Shown here: positions 27,055 to 37,395 of the stretch, piece after piece
Numbering within the stretch: position 1 is the first letter of the stretch
Layout of the letters: every line of letters starts with the position of its first letter
Source: Escherichia coli
Lineage (GTDB): Bacteria; Pseudomonadota; Gammaproteobacteria; Enterobacterales; Enterobacteriaceae
Reading direction: 5' to 3' (one strand)
NCBI GenBank assembly: GCA_025544715.1
Contig: GCA_025544715.1_4109.3
DNA: 64,000 nucleotides
Translations under genes and position numbers: made by a program
The notes under the pieces: model-generated
The model's input: only the letters and a program-made list of their open reading frames with translations
Databases searched by the model: none
What the model was told of the DNA's origin: nothing

Positions 27055-29784
27055 TTATTTCCAACGTGTACCTGGACCTGATGGTACACCAGTACTGGCA
27101 GGTATCGCTGAACCACGTTTCGTTGTACTTGGGCGATATGTCAAAAAACGAGTCACTTTTTCAGTATCAATCGAAGTAATTCCTGAAGTTCCAGTAACTA
27201 TCTTACCAATGTAAGTGCTAGTTAAAGATTCATCAATAGTTTCAGTACTAATAACATATGACGCTTTCTTAGTATTCCTGTTCATTTGTATATACAAATA
27301 GAACGTAGTATTAGCTGGATTACTTTTTACCGTACTTAAATCTACACTTTGTATAGGTAGTCTGTCGAAAATTCCACCTAAAAACACCGGAACTTCACGT
27401 GTAAAGTACACTGAGAATCCTTGTGCAACGTCTTGTGATACTACCACAATCTTTTCTTTAACGCTACCATTTCCGCTAATTAAACCATCCATTTCAGCAG
27501 ATGTTGTACCAAAAACGCTGAATACAGATTTGGTTTGATAGTCAGAATCTTGAAAATTGTAATATCCAAAACCAACACCAGGAATAACACCATGTTGATA
27601 TGCTGCACCGAGTTGGATGTAACTAGATGACAAAAAACGATTTGATGTTATGACACCATCTACCGTTTTAGCTATCATCATCTTAAATTGTGCATTACCT
27701 GGTTGTGAAAATTGATGAACTGCATCAACACCAATGTAACCGAATCCTGAATATTTAGCAACTGTTAGACCAGTACAACGTTTCATATATGCTTCAGTAA
27801 TAATTCCTGTAACAGAACTAAGTGTCTCATATCTAGTACTTACCAATGAAGCTGAAGTTATGTTAGTTCCAGATAATACAACATCAACTTCGGCATAAAT
27901 TGCATAACCTTGGTTATTGTTAAGATTATATGCTGAAACTACTGCAATGGATTTAGAAAAAGTATTATCAGGTACATAATATAATACAATTTGTCCAGAT
28001 AGTGTACCAACAATGCCAGAGTTTCCTAGATTAGCAAAAATATCTTGTTTTAATGATTCTAATACCGTTGGTTCTATTGTATATGTTTCATCAAATTCTA
28101 AAGTATCTGGGTTTAATAATCCACCACTTGTTTTATATACACCTTCAATGAATGATGTTCCATAGCATCTAACACTACCATCGGTATCAACAAGAGAAAT
28201 CATAGCAGTGTATGTAAAATCATCACCTATTTGTTTACGATTAGATTGTGGTGCAAAACCATTTAATGTAGTATTATTTTGAACTGAGTTATATTGATAT
28301 GTTGGTTGTGAGCCTATTTCAGAAAAAACAGTATTATTATAATTATATGTTACATCATCATACGTACCAGAACATGCTAATAATATTTTTCTATTATCGA
28401 TGAAACGTACACCTAATAGGTTTGCACCAACAGCACTACCAAAAACTGGTAAAACGTTTGCATTTATAACGTTACTTGCGGATCTAGTACTAGCAACCCA
28501 TGAATCAAACGGTGTGCCACTAACCTTATATCGTTGTAGACCATAAAATTCAGTTGAACTCCATCTAAATTTAGATGCAAATACTAAACCATCTTTGGTT
28601 TGACATAAACCACCTGCGTTTCCTAATACACCAGCAGCAGTTGTCCCAGTGAAGTTGACCATATCGATTTCAAATGGGTTAGAAACTTGAAATCCATTAT
28701 TATATGAAACTGTAGCAGGAGCACGAGCAGAACCATCTAGTGACATAGATTTTGAGTTTATATTATAAACAAAACTGATACCAGTACCATACACTGTTGA
28801 AATATATAAAGGTGTAACCATTCTATGTGTTGGGTATAAAGTTACACGTATTTTGGATAAATCAGTACTAACGTTTGCTTGTATATTAAAGTCTGTATAA
28901 TCCGAAAATTCTACACGTGAGACTGGTGATGTAACTTCGAATAATGAATCCGAGCTAGTACCAACACTATATAATCTATCAAACACTCTTATGTTATTAG
29001 ATGCAGAATAACTTGTATTTCTAACAGTTTGCCCTGATAATCCAGTAACTTTTGTTAATGATGCCATTGAGCTTGCTTTCACATCACTTAGCTCTACTGT
29101 ATAAATTGAAAGTGCTAATCCTAAATTAGAAACACTTTTATCTTTACACCAAATATATACTTTTGTTCCAACAATATGAGTATATATAGGCATATCATTA
29201 CCAAAAGAAGTACTTGGTACTTTAGCATGAATATGTGATACTTCGTTGAATGTACCATTAGTTATAGTAAAAATATAATTATCTTCTGTACTTAAACATC
29301 CAAGCATTTCATAACCATTAGAGCCAATAAAATACTTAATATTCTCTGTACTACTCATAATTGAAGGTTTATACATTGAATTGGTTGAAATAACACTTTC
29401 TTGTGAAATCATGGTTATATTTCTGATTTCTCGTATAAATGAATAATAAAAACCTTTAGTACTGCCATTCGTCCCACTACGTAGAACAACAGCAGTACCA
29501 TCATCTTCAATAATAGTCGGTTGAACAACTTGATCACTTGACATAGGTGTAGCACCTTCATACGACCCACTTACGTTTAATGGTAAGTAATCCATTTCTC
29601 CTACACGTGATATAGGCAACATATCTAAAATACTTTGAACTTCAGAACGCTTGTATATTGGATATTGAACAATTCCAGTATTTGCATTCGGTGAGGTTCC
29701 ATTGAAAGTACGCATAGCGTACCTTCCTCCAATTGCTAAGTTCCCAAGGATCTCGGCACTTCCTATAATTCGTTTTGATGACAT
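27055..29784 (-). CDS. Tail-fibre-like large protein (909 aa from ATG 29784), paralog of 30400-33096
   Basis: Start MSSKRIIG parallels paralog MSKKIYGG; track start 29874 would overlap upstream gene; shared C-terminal module incl. KSNPANTTFY. Confidence 0.5.
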   Translation of the reverse strand: MSSKRIIGSAEILGNLAIGGRYAMRTFNGTSPNANTGIVQYPIYKRSEVQSILDMLPISRVGEMDYLPLNVSGSYEGATPMSSDQVVQPTIIEDDGTAVVLRSGTNGSTKGFYYSFIREIRNITMISQESVISTNSMYKPSIMSSTENIKYFIGSNGYEMLGCLSTEDNYIFTITNGTFNEVSHIHAKVPSTSFGNDMPIYTHIVGTKVYIWCKDKSVSNLGLALSIYTVELSDVKASSMASLTKVTGLSGQTVRNTSYSASNNIRVFDRLYSVGTSSDSLFEVTSPVSRVEFSDYTDFNIQANVSTDLSKIRVTLYPTHRMVTPLYISTVYGTGISFVYNINSKSMSLDGSARAPATVSYNNGFQVSNPFEIDMVNFTGTTAAGVLGNAGGLCQTKDGLVFASKFRWSSTEFYGLQRYKVSGTPFDSWVASTRSASNVINANVLPVFGSAVGANLLGVRFIDNRKILLACSGTYDDVTYNYNNTVFSEIGSQPTYQYNSVQNNTTLNGFAPQSNRKQIGDDFTYTAMISLVDTDGSVRCYGTSFIEGVYKTSGGLLNPDTLEFDETYTIEPTVLESLKQDIFANLGNSGIVGTLSGQIVLYYVPDNTFSKSIAVVSAYNLNNNQGYAIYAEVDVVLSGTNITSASLVSTRYETLSSVTGIITEAYMKRCTGLTVAKYSGFGYIGVDAVHQFSQPGNAQFKMMIAKTVDGVITSNRFLSSSYIQLGAAYQHGVIPGVGFGYYNFQDSDYQTKSVFSVFGTTSAEMDGLISGNGSVKEKIVVVSQDVAQGFSVYFTREVPVFLGGIFDRLPIQSVDLSTVKSNPANTTFYLYIQMNRNTKKASYVISTETIDESLTSTYIGKIVTGTSGITSIDTEKVTRFLTYRPSTTKRGSAIPASTGVPSGPGTRWK

Positions 29785-29800
29785 CTTTCTTTTCCTTAAT

Positions 29801-30388
29801 TTACCAACCAATTGTACCAGTTTCTGATGGTTTCCCAGTACTGACTGGGAATGAAGAACCTTTTTGTGTAACACTAGGTCTATATGTACTAAATCTGGAT
29901 ACTTTATTAATGTTTATATTTGTAATGCCACTTGTACCAACGGTAAGAGTTCCAATAAACATTATAATTTCAGATTCTTGTATTTGTGTTGGTGATACTT
30001 TATATATTGGTTCACCGAGAACTAACGTTGCATATACATATTGTGTTTGTGTCCCAGATGAAACTGTTGAAGCAAAAATAGAAACTGCTGGAAATTTATA
30101 AAGATAACCACCAATAAATGATGGTATTTCTCTATTAAATGTAAGACTATAACCAGACGAAGTAATATTTAGACTTGCATCATCATACAATTCACCGTAT
30201 TGTGTGAGTGGTAATCCATTTACAATAAAATTAACTTCATCTTTAGTAATAGAGGGGAATGTACATTCCCCATTTGAATTTGTTGGGTAATAAGTCATAT
30301 TATTACCTAATACACCAAGTCCAGTACTTTTACCCTGTACTGTAACTTGTTGCATTGCCTTAAGGTCTGCTCTTATTTTATATGCCAT
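29801..30388 (-). CDS. Short fibre-like protein (195 aa) carrying the shared C-terminal module
   Basis: C-terminus SSFPVSTGKPSETGTIGW parallels large paralogs. Confidence 0.5.
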   Translation of the reverse strand: MAYKIRADLKAMQQVTVQGKSTGLGVLGNNMTYYPTNSNGECTFPSITKDEVNFIVNGLPLTQYGELYDDASLNITSSGYSLTFNREIPSFIGGYLYKFPAVSIFASTVSSGTQTQYVYATLVLGEPIYKVSPTQIQESEIIMFIGTLTVGTSGITNININKVSRFSTYRPSVTQKGSSFPVSTGKPSETGTIGW

Positions 30389-30399
30389 TATGTAATCCT

Positions 30400-33096
30400 T
30401 TACCAGTTTATGGTTCCTGTTTGTGATGGTAGACCGTAGCTAACTGGGAACGATGAACCTGCTGATTCAAGTGAAGCACCAAATATATCTAAACGTGAAC
30501 GTTTTTGTATATTAATTGTTTCGATTTGAATTGCATTAGTTTGAATTGTACCTATCCAAAAAATATTATATGCAGTTGTTCCTGTTTCAGAAATAACATC
30601 AGTAGTTATGTAATAGTTTGCCAATCCTTGGTCCAATTTAACATATACATAAAATGTTGTATTTGCTGGATTAGACTTAATAGTTCTCAAATCAATATTT
30701 GAAACTGGTAGTGAAAATGACTTACCTGAAAGAATAACTGGTGTTTCTTCTGTAAAATATACAATAAACCCTTGAGCAACGTCCTGTGATACTACGTTAA
30801 TTGGGCTACCTTGTGCAGTCCAGTTATTATAGTCTGTAATCGTTGTCCCATATTTTTTGAATGTCATTTTATTTGAGTAATCCATTGGTTCAAAAATTCC
30901 AAAACCAATACCAGGTAACGCTGCTGGTTGACTTCCCTGTTCATAACTGGCATGAGAACCAGTAATTATAAAACTTGTAAATTGTGCAGTTGATTTAGTT
31001 ACATATGCTCTAAATTGATGAGTTGCAGTATTACCTATTGTTGGATGTGATAATGGGTCAGAACCACCAATGAAGTAGAATGAACCTCCATCATATATTG
31101 TCAAACCAACAGAAGAAGATGCAATCGAACCATTTCCAGTTGGTGTAAAGTTATCACCATACGTATTCTCAAGTACTAAACGCTTGAATGTAATAGATGT
31201 AATATTACCAACTCTAGTATTGACGTTAACTTCAGCAATTCTAATATAGTTTCTATAATCATTAGTAATTGTACTCAACATAACAAAAGCTGGAATGTCT
31301 GTTTGTTGTGGAACAAATAGTGTCATATCACGGTATGCTTGTGGTGATAAATTCCAATCACTTAGAACTTTAGCATATTCAGTATTTCTAAAATTGTCCA
31401 GTACTGATTGTGTAACACTTATAATGCCTGTACCATTTAAGTTTTTATCATAGGATAATGATTGTGAATAACGTTGCCCAACCATAAAAATACCACCATT
31501 GGTTGTAACAGTTGACCCAGAAATACTACTAATGAAAATTCTATTATTTGCATTATCATCAACGTTAGCACGTTCAACTGTAGGTTCATAACCTTGTATT
31601 GTTCCTAAAGATAATGATTTAAATGTAAAATTAGGAGTACTTTTATGAACTGCATATGATGGTCTAAATCCACCACTACCTGATGCACGTGAATATTGTT
31701 TAGTACTGTTATCTGGTAGTAATTCTACACCATTAATAAATGAACCAACCGCTGAACCAAAAGACGGGCGAACTATACCACCTTTGAAGTCAGTAGAAAG
31801 TACAGCACGCACATTCAGCATACTATAAACTATTTGAATAGGAAACTTAGCTTTTTGCATAAGCAATGGTTCTGCTAAGTTTGGACATGCAGTACAAAAT
31901 GCTTCACCTGAATTTAAATAAAAATATGAACTGTAAATATTCCTTGCATTTGCATGGTTATACAATGGATCGTTATTTAAAACGTTTCCAGTAGGAACTA
32001 ATGCTGAACCGGTATCAGTAATAACTAATGGTGCTTGGTATGAACCAATATCATTACCTGCATCTAATGTACATTGTTTAGTACTCATGTTGAATACAAA
32101 ACTGTAACTATGTTGTGGTCGTGTATTATAAGTTGCCATTGTGAACCAAGCATCACCATTCATTCTAAAGCGGAAGTTCTGTGTACCTGGCTGCTGTGCA
32201 ACACATAAATCGATTGATGTCATGTAAATCCCAATACCACGTAGATTTTTTGGAACATACACATAAGGTTTATCAGCGATATTTGTTGATGTTACCTGAT
32301 TAGTTATAACCATATTATTTTGTGCAGAATAAGTTGTGTTATAAAATGTTTTAGTAGTCCATCCAGTAACACGAGTTGCGGTATAAGTACCATTACTGAT
32401 ATTATAAACCACTTTAACTACAACTAATTGTAATTGGTTATTTGCATTAAGTACGTTAAAAACATATATAGAACCATCTTCTGCCATCATAGCATATTCA
32501 ATACCACCTTCAGGTGATATATCTGCTTGGTTAACGAAAAAACCAGTATGCAATTTATCATCTAATGTACCATTAGTAATTGATATGAACAAACCATTAG
32601 TACTGTTAGAAGTGTCTACATATCTACCGAGTAAAATATTTGGATCAGTATTGTATAAGCCAATTGCGACTCGATTAGAACCGAAAAAACCAGGCTTGTA
32701 TTGACGACTGGTGTTAATTGTACGGCTCATGTCATCAACTGATAATGCGTTAGCCAAATATGAATAAAATAATCCCTCAACACTACCGTTTGTTCCACTA
32801 CGTAAAAGTACTAGTGTACCATCGTTTTCTAATAAAATTTTATTTCTACGTTGGGTCTGGTTTTCGGATGCACCATTGAAATCTCCAGAAACACCAGCAG
32901 GTAGATAGTTTTGTGAACCATAATGGGAGATTGGCATCATGCTTACTATATCTAGTACTTCATCTCTGGAATACGTGTCTAATTCCATGTTACCATTTGA
33001 ATCAAACACTTGTTCATTTATTCCTTGAATTGTTCTTTTACCATTAACTGTCACATTATGTGTGACATCTAAGCCACCATATATTTTCTTTGACAT
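30400..33096 (-). CDS. Tail-fibre-like large protein (898 aa)
   Basis: Paralog of 27055-29784; TATAAATA-like box upstream; Ser/Thr/Asn/Gly-rich. Confidence 0.5.
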   Translation of the reverse strand: MSKKIYGGLDVTHNVTVNGKRTIQGINEQVFDSNGNMELDTYSRDEVLDIVSMMPISHYGSQNYLPAGVSGDFNGASENQTQRRNKILLENDGTLVLLRSGTNGSVEGLFYSYLANALSVDDMSRTINTSRQYKPGFFGSNRVAIGLYNTDPNILLGRYVDTSNSTNGLFISITNGTLDDKLHTGFFVNQADISPEGGIEYAMMAEDGSIYVFNVLNANNQLQLVVVKVVYNISNGTYTATRVTGWTTKTFYNTTYSAQNNMVITNQVTSTNIADKPYVYVPKNLRGIGIYMTSIDLCVAQQPGTQNFRFRMNGDAWFTMATYNTRPQHSYSFVFNMSTKQCTLDAGNDIGSYQAPLVITDTGSALVPTGNVLNNDPLYNHANARNIYSSYFYLNSGEAFCTACPNLAEPLLMQKAKFPIQIVYSMLNVRAVLSTDFKGGIVRPSFGSAVGSFINGVELLPDNSTKQYSRASGSGGFRPSYAVHKSTPNFTFKSLSLGTIQGYEPTVERANVDDNANNRIFISSISGSTVTTNGGIFMVGQRYSQSLSYDKNLNGTGIISVTQSVLDNFRNTEYAKVLSDWNLSPQAYRDMTLFVPQQTDIPAFVMLSTITNDYRNYIRIAEVNVNTRVGNITSITFKRLVLENTYGDNFTPTGNGSIASSSVGLTIYDGGSFYFIGGSDPLSHPTIGNTATHQFRAYVTKSTAQFTSFIITGSHASYEQGSQPAALPGIGFGIFEPMDYSNKMTFKKYGTTITDYNNWTAQGSPINVVSQDVAQGFIVYFTEETPVILSGKSFSLPVSNIDLRTIKSNPANTTFYVYVKLDQGLANYYITTDVISETGTTAYNIFWIGTIQTNAIQIETINIQKRSRLDIFGASLESAGSSFPVSYGLPSQTGTINW

Positions 33097-33130
33097 TGTA
33101 TATCCCTTATAAATTAGATATTAGTTAATG

Positions 33131-33138
33131 TATTTATA
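33131..33138 (-). promoter_or_regulatory. T4-late-promoter-like box TATAAATA (minus strand)
   Basis: Exact octamer ~35 nt upstream of start codon 33096. Confidence 0.3.
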
Positions 33139-33145
33139 TACATAA

Positions 33146-33168
33146 CAAAAAAGCACCCAACGGGTGCT
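33146..33168 (-). terminator. Rho-independent terminator after nrdG
   Basis: Hairpin GCACCC-loop-GGGTGC then T6. Confidence 0.6.
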
Positions 33169-33172
33169 TATG

Positions 33173-33643
33173 TTAAAAATCTTTATTTTTATATAGTATT
33201 CTTTGATTATTTGAACCACGGAAAGGTAATTTTAAATTCTTTTCGGACTCGATAAACTTACCATCAACTAATACATCTAAGTACTGAAGTATATCTTTAG
33301 AATGATTTTTCATAATCTCATCTAAAGTATACCCACTCCAGCACCAAATAGTTTTACTAGGATAAGTTTCTTTAACTACTTTGCATAGATTTAAAACTTC
33401 ATCTATATTCTTTTTCATTAATGGATCGCCGCCTAGAAGTGATAAACCACTAACATATGGTTTTTTTAGTTCCTGTAGTATAATCTCAACTGTTTCAGTA
33501 CTGAACTCTTGACCACTTCTGTAGTCCCATGCTTCTTCATTGAAGCAACCATCACATCCGTGCGAACACCCACTAACAAATAAAGAGCAGCGAACACCCT
33601 CTCCATTTACTAAATCATCCTTGATTATCGTCTGGTAATTCAT
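33173..33643 (-). CDS. nrdG: Anaerobic ribonucleotide reductase activating protein (radical SAM)
   Basis: CxxxCxxC cluster GCSHGCDGC near N-terminus; adjacent to nrdD. Confidence 0.85.
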   Translation of the reverse strand: MNYQTIIKDDLVNGEGVRCSLFVSGCSHGCDGCFNEEAWDYRSGQEFSTETVEIILQELKKPYVSGLSLLGGDPLMKKNIDEVLNLCKVVKETYPSKTIWCWSGYTLDEIMKNHSKDILQYLDVLVDGKFIESEKNLKLPFRGSNNQRILYKNKDF

Positions 33644-33947
33644 CTAATATTGCACTCACTATTTCGACAAGAACATCGCCGTGACATGATTTGGGTTTAC
33701 AGAAACAACCAAGGCGTTTCCCTGCGAGTTCAAGTAATTCATCAATCTTAACTTCTCCACAAGAAATACGTTCAATAATGTATTCTCTGAATTTTTCAAT
33801 TGATTCTTCTCTTGTACTAACAATGAATTCGGCTTTGGTTTGTTTATCTTTAATATGGGTAAATGGGTTTCCCCATTTAGACCCACGCCCAATATACACA
33901 TCATACGGTTCTTTGTATTTGTTAACCACAATTGGCTTTAAATCCAT
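33615..33947 (-). CDS. Conserved hypothetical protein between nrdD and nrdG (possibly DUF4326-like)
   Basis: YIGRGSKWGNPF motif; family name from memory. Confidence 0.4.
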   Translation of the reverse strand: MDLKPIVVNKYKEPYDVYIGRGSKWGNPFTHIKDKQTKAEFIVSTREESIEKFREYIIERISCGEVKIDELLELAGKRLGCFCKPKSCHGDVLVEIVSAILDELPDDNQG

Positions 33948-33955
33948 AATTTACC

Positions 33956-35824
33956 TTATTTGTGCTGAATACGCTCACAACACTCTTGTTGTTTGCCTTT
34001 ATTGAATCCACGCGAAGAAGGATTACCCAAGTAACCAGAAACACGACGAATCACTGAGATTGTCTTCTCATTACGATTATCACATACCGGACAGTGGAAA
34101 CCATGTTTATCTACACTGAACTCACCCTGGAAGCCACATTCATAACAATGGTCAACGGGTTGGTTAATACCAAAATATGGTATCTTCGTGTAAGCATAGT
34201 TAACTAATGTTTCAAGTGCTTGAATGTTGTTTGCTAAGTTTGGAGATTCAACATAACTGATGTTTCCACCGTTACTTAGGTAAGCAAAGCCTTCTTCATA
34301 ACTCCATTTATCAAATGGAGAACTTTCTACCCATACTGGTTGATGAAAGGAATTTGTGATGTAATCACGTTTTAGTACTGACGGATATTTTGCTTCAATA
34401 CAACGTGCAAATTTATAACAAAGTGACTCTGCTGGAGTTCCATATAGACTAAAAGCTATATTACTCTCTTTTTTGAACTCATCACATTTTACTTTCATAT
34501 AATTCAGTACTGACATACAAAACTCCTTACTGATAGAACCAGTGAGGATTTCTGAACATTCAACAAGTCCAACATAACCAATACTAATACTAGCATAACC
34601 ATTGTAAAATAGCTTGTCAATGGTTTCTTCTGCACCTAAACGTGCTAATGCACCTTCCATGAACAAAATTGGATTTTGCTTTGCTTTAGTGCCTTTTAAA
34701 CGCTCTACGCGGTTCATCTGAGCACGATATGCAATATTCATATGCTCGTCTATCTTATCAAAAAACTCTCCGTCAGAAGCACTCTCAAGAGCAATTAGAG
34801 GTAAATTGATAGAAACCACACCTAAATTGAAACGACCGTTGTATTGTTCATTTCCATTAGAATCTTCCCATTTTCCTAAGAATGAACGACAGCCCATCGG
34901 TGTTACCGCAGTACTACTACTTCCAGTCACTTTGTGATTTAATGGTACGGAAACAAAGTCAGGGTAGATTCGTTTTGATGCACAACGCATAGCTAACTGT
35001 TTAAGGTCATAATTACTATCATTGGTATTCATGTTTATACCATCTTGTAAAAAGAAAATTACTTTAGGAAACACTGGAGTAATCTTATCTTTACCTAAAC
35101 CATTCTCATGAACTTTTAAGTACTGTTCAGTGATTAATTTACCAAATTTAGAAGTGTTAAGACCTAAACTAAGAGAAATAAATGCAGCTTGACCATTAGT
35201 ACTAATCATTGAATTAGTTTGGTAAAGTAATGTTTGGCAGCCATCGTATACTTCTTTTCGTAGTTCTTCTTCAATGAATTCATCACTTAGATTATATTTC
35301 TTTTGTTTTTCTAACAGCTTATCCCATGACTTTTGAACGTAAGGTTCTAATCCGACATCAATGTGAGCCAAAGATTGACCACCATACTGGGAACTGGCAA
35401 CAGCTTGGACAATTTGTGTCAGTACTGTACATGCTACACTAAAACTCTTTGGTTCTTCAATTTTAGCACAACCAATGGTGAATCCATTTTTTAGCATATC
35501 TGGGTAGTTAACTAAGCAACAGTTGGTTAATGGGCTGATATAGTAGTCTAAATCATGGATATGACCATAACCATCATTATGCCACTGCATTAGCTCATTT
35601 GGAATAACATCTTGTGAATAATGCTTAGATAGGATACCTGCAAGTAAATCCCTGTGTGTATTGACGCATTTCGCATCTTTGTTCGCATTTTCGTTTGTAA
35701 GATCAGTATTGCTCTGATTGAGGAAATTCGTTACGTCAGTATATAATTTATCTAATTGCATTGTACATTCCTTGTATTTTGAAATCATCTGGGGGTGAAG
35801 ATATTTAATATCACCAGACAACAT
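33956..35824 (-). CDS. nrdD: Anaerobic ribonucleoside-triphosphate reductase
   Basis: C-terminal zinc ribbon CYECG...CPVC and glycyl-radical motif RRVSGYLG; uninterrupted 622 aa. Confidence 0.9.
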   Translation of the reverse strand: MLSGDIKYLHPQMISKYKECTMQLDKLYTDVTNFLNQSNTDLTNENANKDAKCVNTHRDLLAGILSKHYSQDVIPNELMQWHNDGYGHIHDLDYYISPLTNCCLVNYPDMLKNGFTIGCAKIEEPKSFSVACTVLTQIVQAVASSQYGGQSLAHIDVGLEPYVQKSWDKLLEKQKKYNLSDEFIEEELRKEVYDGCQTLLYQTNSMISTNGQAAFISLSLGLNTSKFGKLITEQYLKVHENGLGKDKITPVFPKVIFFLQDGINMNTNDSNYDLKQLAMRCASKRIYPDFVSVPLNHKVTGSSSTAVTPMGCRSFLGKWEDSNGNEQYNGRFNLGVVSINLPLIALESASDGEFFDKIDEHMNIAYRAQMNRVERLKGTKAKQNPILFMEGALARLGAEETIDKLFYNGYASISIGYVGLVECSEILTGSISKEFCMSVLNYMKVKCDEFKKESNIAFSLYGTPAESLCYKFARCIEAKYPSVLKRDYITNSFHQPVWVESSPFDKWSYEEGFAYLSNGGNISYVESPNLANNIQALETLVNYAYTKIPYFGINQPVDHCYECGFQGEFSVDKHGFHCPVCDNRNEKTISVIRRVSGYLGNPSSRGFNKGKQQECCERIQHK

Positions 35825-35898
35825 TATAGCGTCAGAACAGGTTATTTCTCTTGACCTATATCAAGGAAAAGTCACATTGGTTTTTATTTGCACAAATA

Positions 35899-35920
35899 GA
35901 AAAAGCACCACTAGGGTGCT
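35899..35920 (-). terminator. Rho-independent terminator upstream of nrdD
   Basis: Hairpin GCACC-loop-GGTGC then T5. Confidence 0.55.
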
Positions 35921-36037
35921 TTAAAGTACTGCTAATATAACAACTGCCCAAATTAACAGTAATACATTGGTTGGGGCTGAAAAAATCATATATGCAGCAA
36001 TTGCACTACAACCTATGACAAGTTTAGCTAGTCTCAT
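35921..36037 (-). CDS. Small hydrophobic peptide (38 aa), not in ORF track
   Basis: Own translation MRLAKLVIGCSAIAAYMIFSAPTNVLLLIWAVVILAVL; GGAG RBS; terminator immediately after. Confidence 0.3.
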   Translation of the reverse strand: MRLAKLVIGCSAIAAYMIFSAPTNVLLLIWAVVILAVL

Positions 36038-36209
36038 CTGGACTCCATGTAATAGTCACTGTGAACGTCCCTTCCTGAAAACCAAACTCATCTTGTGGGA
36101 TTTGTTCAGCTAATGGGTTAAATCTTGAATCGAAGGCTTCATGTACGTCTCTTTGAATATCATAGAGACTTTCACCATCATATTCTTTTTTAAATATTAC
36201 ACTTCCCAT
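36024..36209 (-). CDS. Hypothetical protein (61 aa)
   Basis: ORF in array. Confidence 0.35.
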   Translation of the reverse strand: MGSVIFKKEYDGESLYDIQRDVHEAFDSRFNPLAEQIPQDEFGFQEGTFTVTITWSPDETS

Positions 36210-36222
36210 AATATAACTCCTA

Positions 36223-36438
36223 CTACAAAACGTTACAGTAGAACTGAATGATGTAAGGAAATAAAGGATTATTTACGTATGTTGCAAAATTAGCTATTGT
36301 AACTTTTTTATAGTACGAGTTGTGAATTGTTATAATAGTGTGAGGATCTATTGATTCTCTATTAGAGAGTTCAACAAAACGCCCACACTTCATATAAGCC
36401 TTACCATAATAATCGTAAATTATATCGTATTTTTCCAT
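36223..36438 (-). CDS. Hypothetical protein (71 aa)
   Basis: ORF in array. Confidence 0.35.
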   Translation of the reverse strand: MEKYDIIYDYYGKAYMKCGRFVELSNRESIDPHTIITIHNSYYKKVTIANFATYVNNPLFPYIIQFYCNVL

Positions 36439-36798
36439 TTATTCAGGATCTTTGTTTTTATCAACTGTGTTGTTTTTATTCAAATCAATTTGTAAAGCCA
36501 TTGCAGCTTCAGCATTTTCTTCATGTGTGCCATTGAATTTATACCCATTCTTAATGAGATTCACTGTGTAGTACTTATTATAAAGAAATGCCCAAACGAT
36601 CATCGCAATAGTACCTACAATCCAAAAAGACACTGCGTTTAGGATGAAGTAAATTACAAATGCACCAATGAACGTAATAAAGTCACCACGGAACAATGCA
36701 GGGAAAGGTCCAAAAAATAATGTAGTCCAAGAAAAACCAAAGAAACCATCTTTGCGTTGTCCTACATTTTCATTTTTTAAAGAAATTGTTTTAGCCAT
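36439..36798 (-). CDS. Membrane protein (start likely MAKTISL at 36798)
   Basis: Two TM helices; motif GFSWTTLFFGPFPALFRG. Confidence 0.45.
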   Translation of the reverse strand: MAKTISLKNENVGQRKDGFFGFSWTTLFFGPFPALFRGDFITFIGAFVIYFILNAVSFWIVGTIAMIVWAFLYNKYYTVNLIKNGYKFNGTHEENAEAAMALQIDLNKNNTVDKNKDPE

Positions 36799-36808
36799 TT
36801 TTAATCTC

Positions 36809-37030
36809 CTACTTTTTATTTGGGTTTGGTATGCAGTACACAAATACTAAATGATTAAAATGTTCTGTATTCGCATACTTTGCTAAGTCGGTTATGATGA
36901 AGTTTGTATCTTTAAATCTGCCATCATTGAATGTTGTGATTTGAAAACGTAGTTCAGGTGCAAAAATATAATAATAGAATATATCATTTACACACCCAAC
37001 AGTATGTTTAGCATATCTTTCAATTTTCAT
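36809..37030 (-). CDS. Hypothetical protein (73 aa)
   Basis: ORF in array. Confidence 0.35.
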   Translation of the reverse strand: MKIERYAKHTVGCVNDIFYYYIFAPELRFQITTFNDGRFKDTNFIITDLAKYANTEHFNHLVFVYCIPNPNKK

Positions 37031-37395
37031 GTGTGGATGATCTCTTTTACCCCGTATTCATAGATTGCCAATGAGCAAATCTCACAAGGTTTTGCTGGAA
37101 CTGGAATTCCATCTTTACTTACACGAGCAATCAGAAGAGTATGAACTTCAGCACGTGCAGCAAGTAAACATGAAATTTCAGCATGAAGAAACTCACCTTG
37201 TGGTCGCCCAGCACGAATTGCGAAACCCTTCTGTACTGGGTGAGTCTGTGTATAAGAATTTGTGCGAGTTGCTAGTACTCTACCTTTTTTATCAAGTGCA
37301 CGAGCAATAACACGATACCGTTTGTAATTTCCTACTTGTTCAATAGGCGGCATCTGGCGTAATTCTTCGATTAGTTTCTCCAATTTACTATTCAT
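37027..37395 (-). CDS. Compact cytidine/dCMP-deaminase-fold zinc-binding protein
   Basis: HAE...PCEIC zinc-binding motifs with ~24 aa spacing. Confidence 0.55.
   Translation of the reverse strand: MNSKLEKLIEELRQMPPIEQVGNYKRYRVIARALDKKGRVLATRTNSYTQTHPVQKGFAIRAGRPQGEFLHAEISCLLAARAEVHTLLIARVSKDGIPVPAKPCEICSLAIYEYGVKEIIHT

Noticed and set aside
27055-29874. Longer start for the fibre-like gene (track start 29874, 939 aa)
   Set aside because: That start would overlap the upstream gene by 74 nt; the internal ATG at 29784 has an AAGGA RBS and gives an N-terminus matching the paralog.
33659-33931. Alternative-frame ORF (90 aa) overlapping 33615-33947
   Set aside because: Entirely nested in a different frame of the ORF carrying the conserved YIGRGSKWGNPF motif; low-complexity translation.
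33956-35824. Group I intron in nrdD, as in T4
   Set aside because: nrdD reads as one uninterrupted 622-codon ORF, including the C-terminal glycyl-radical region.
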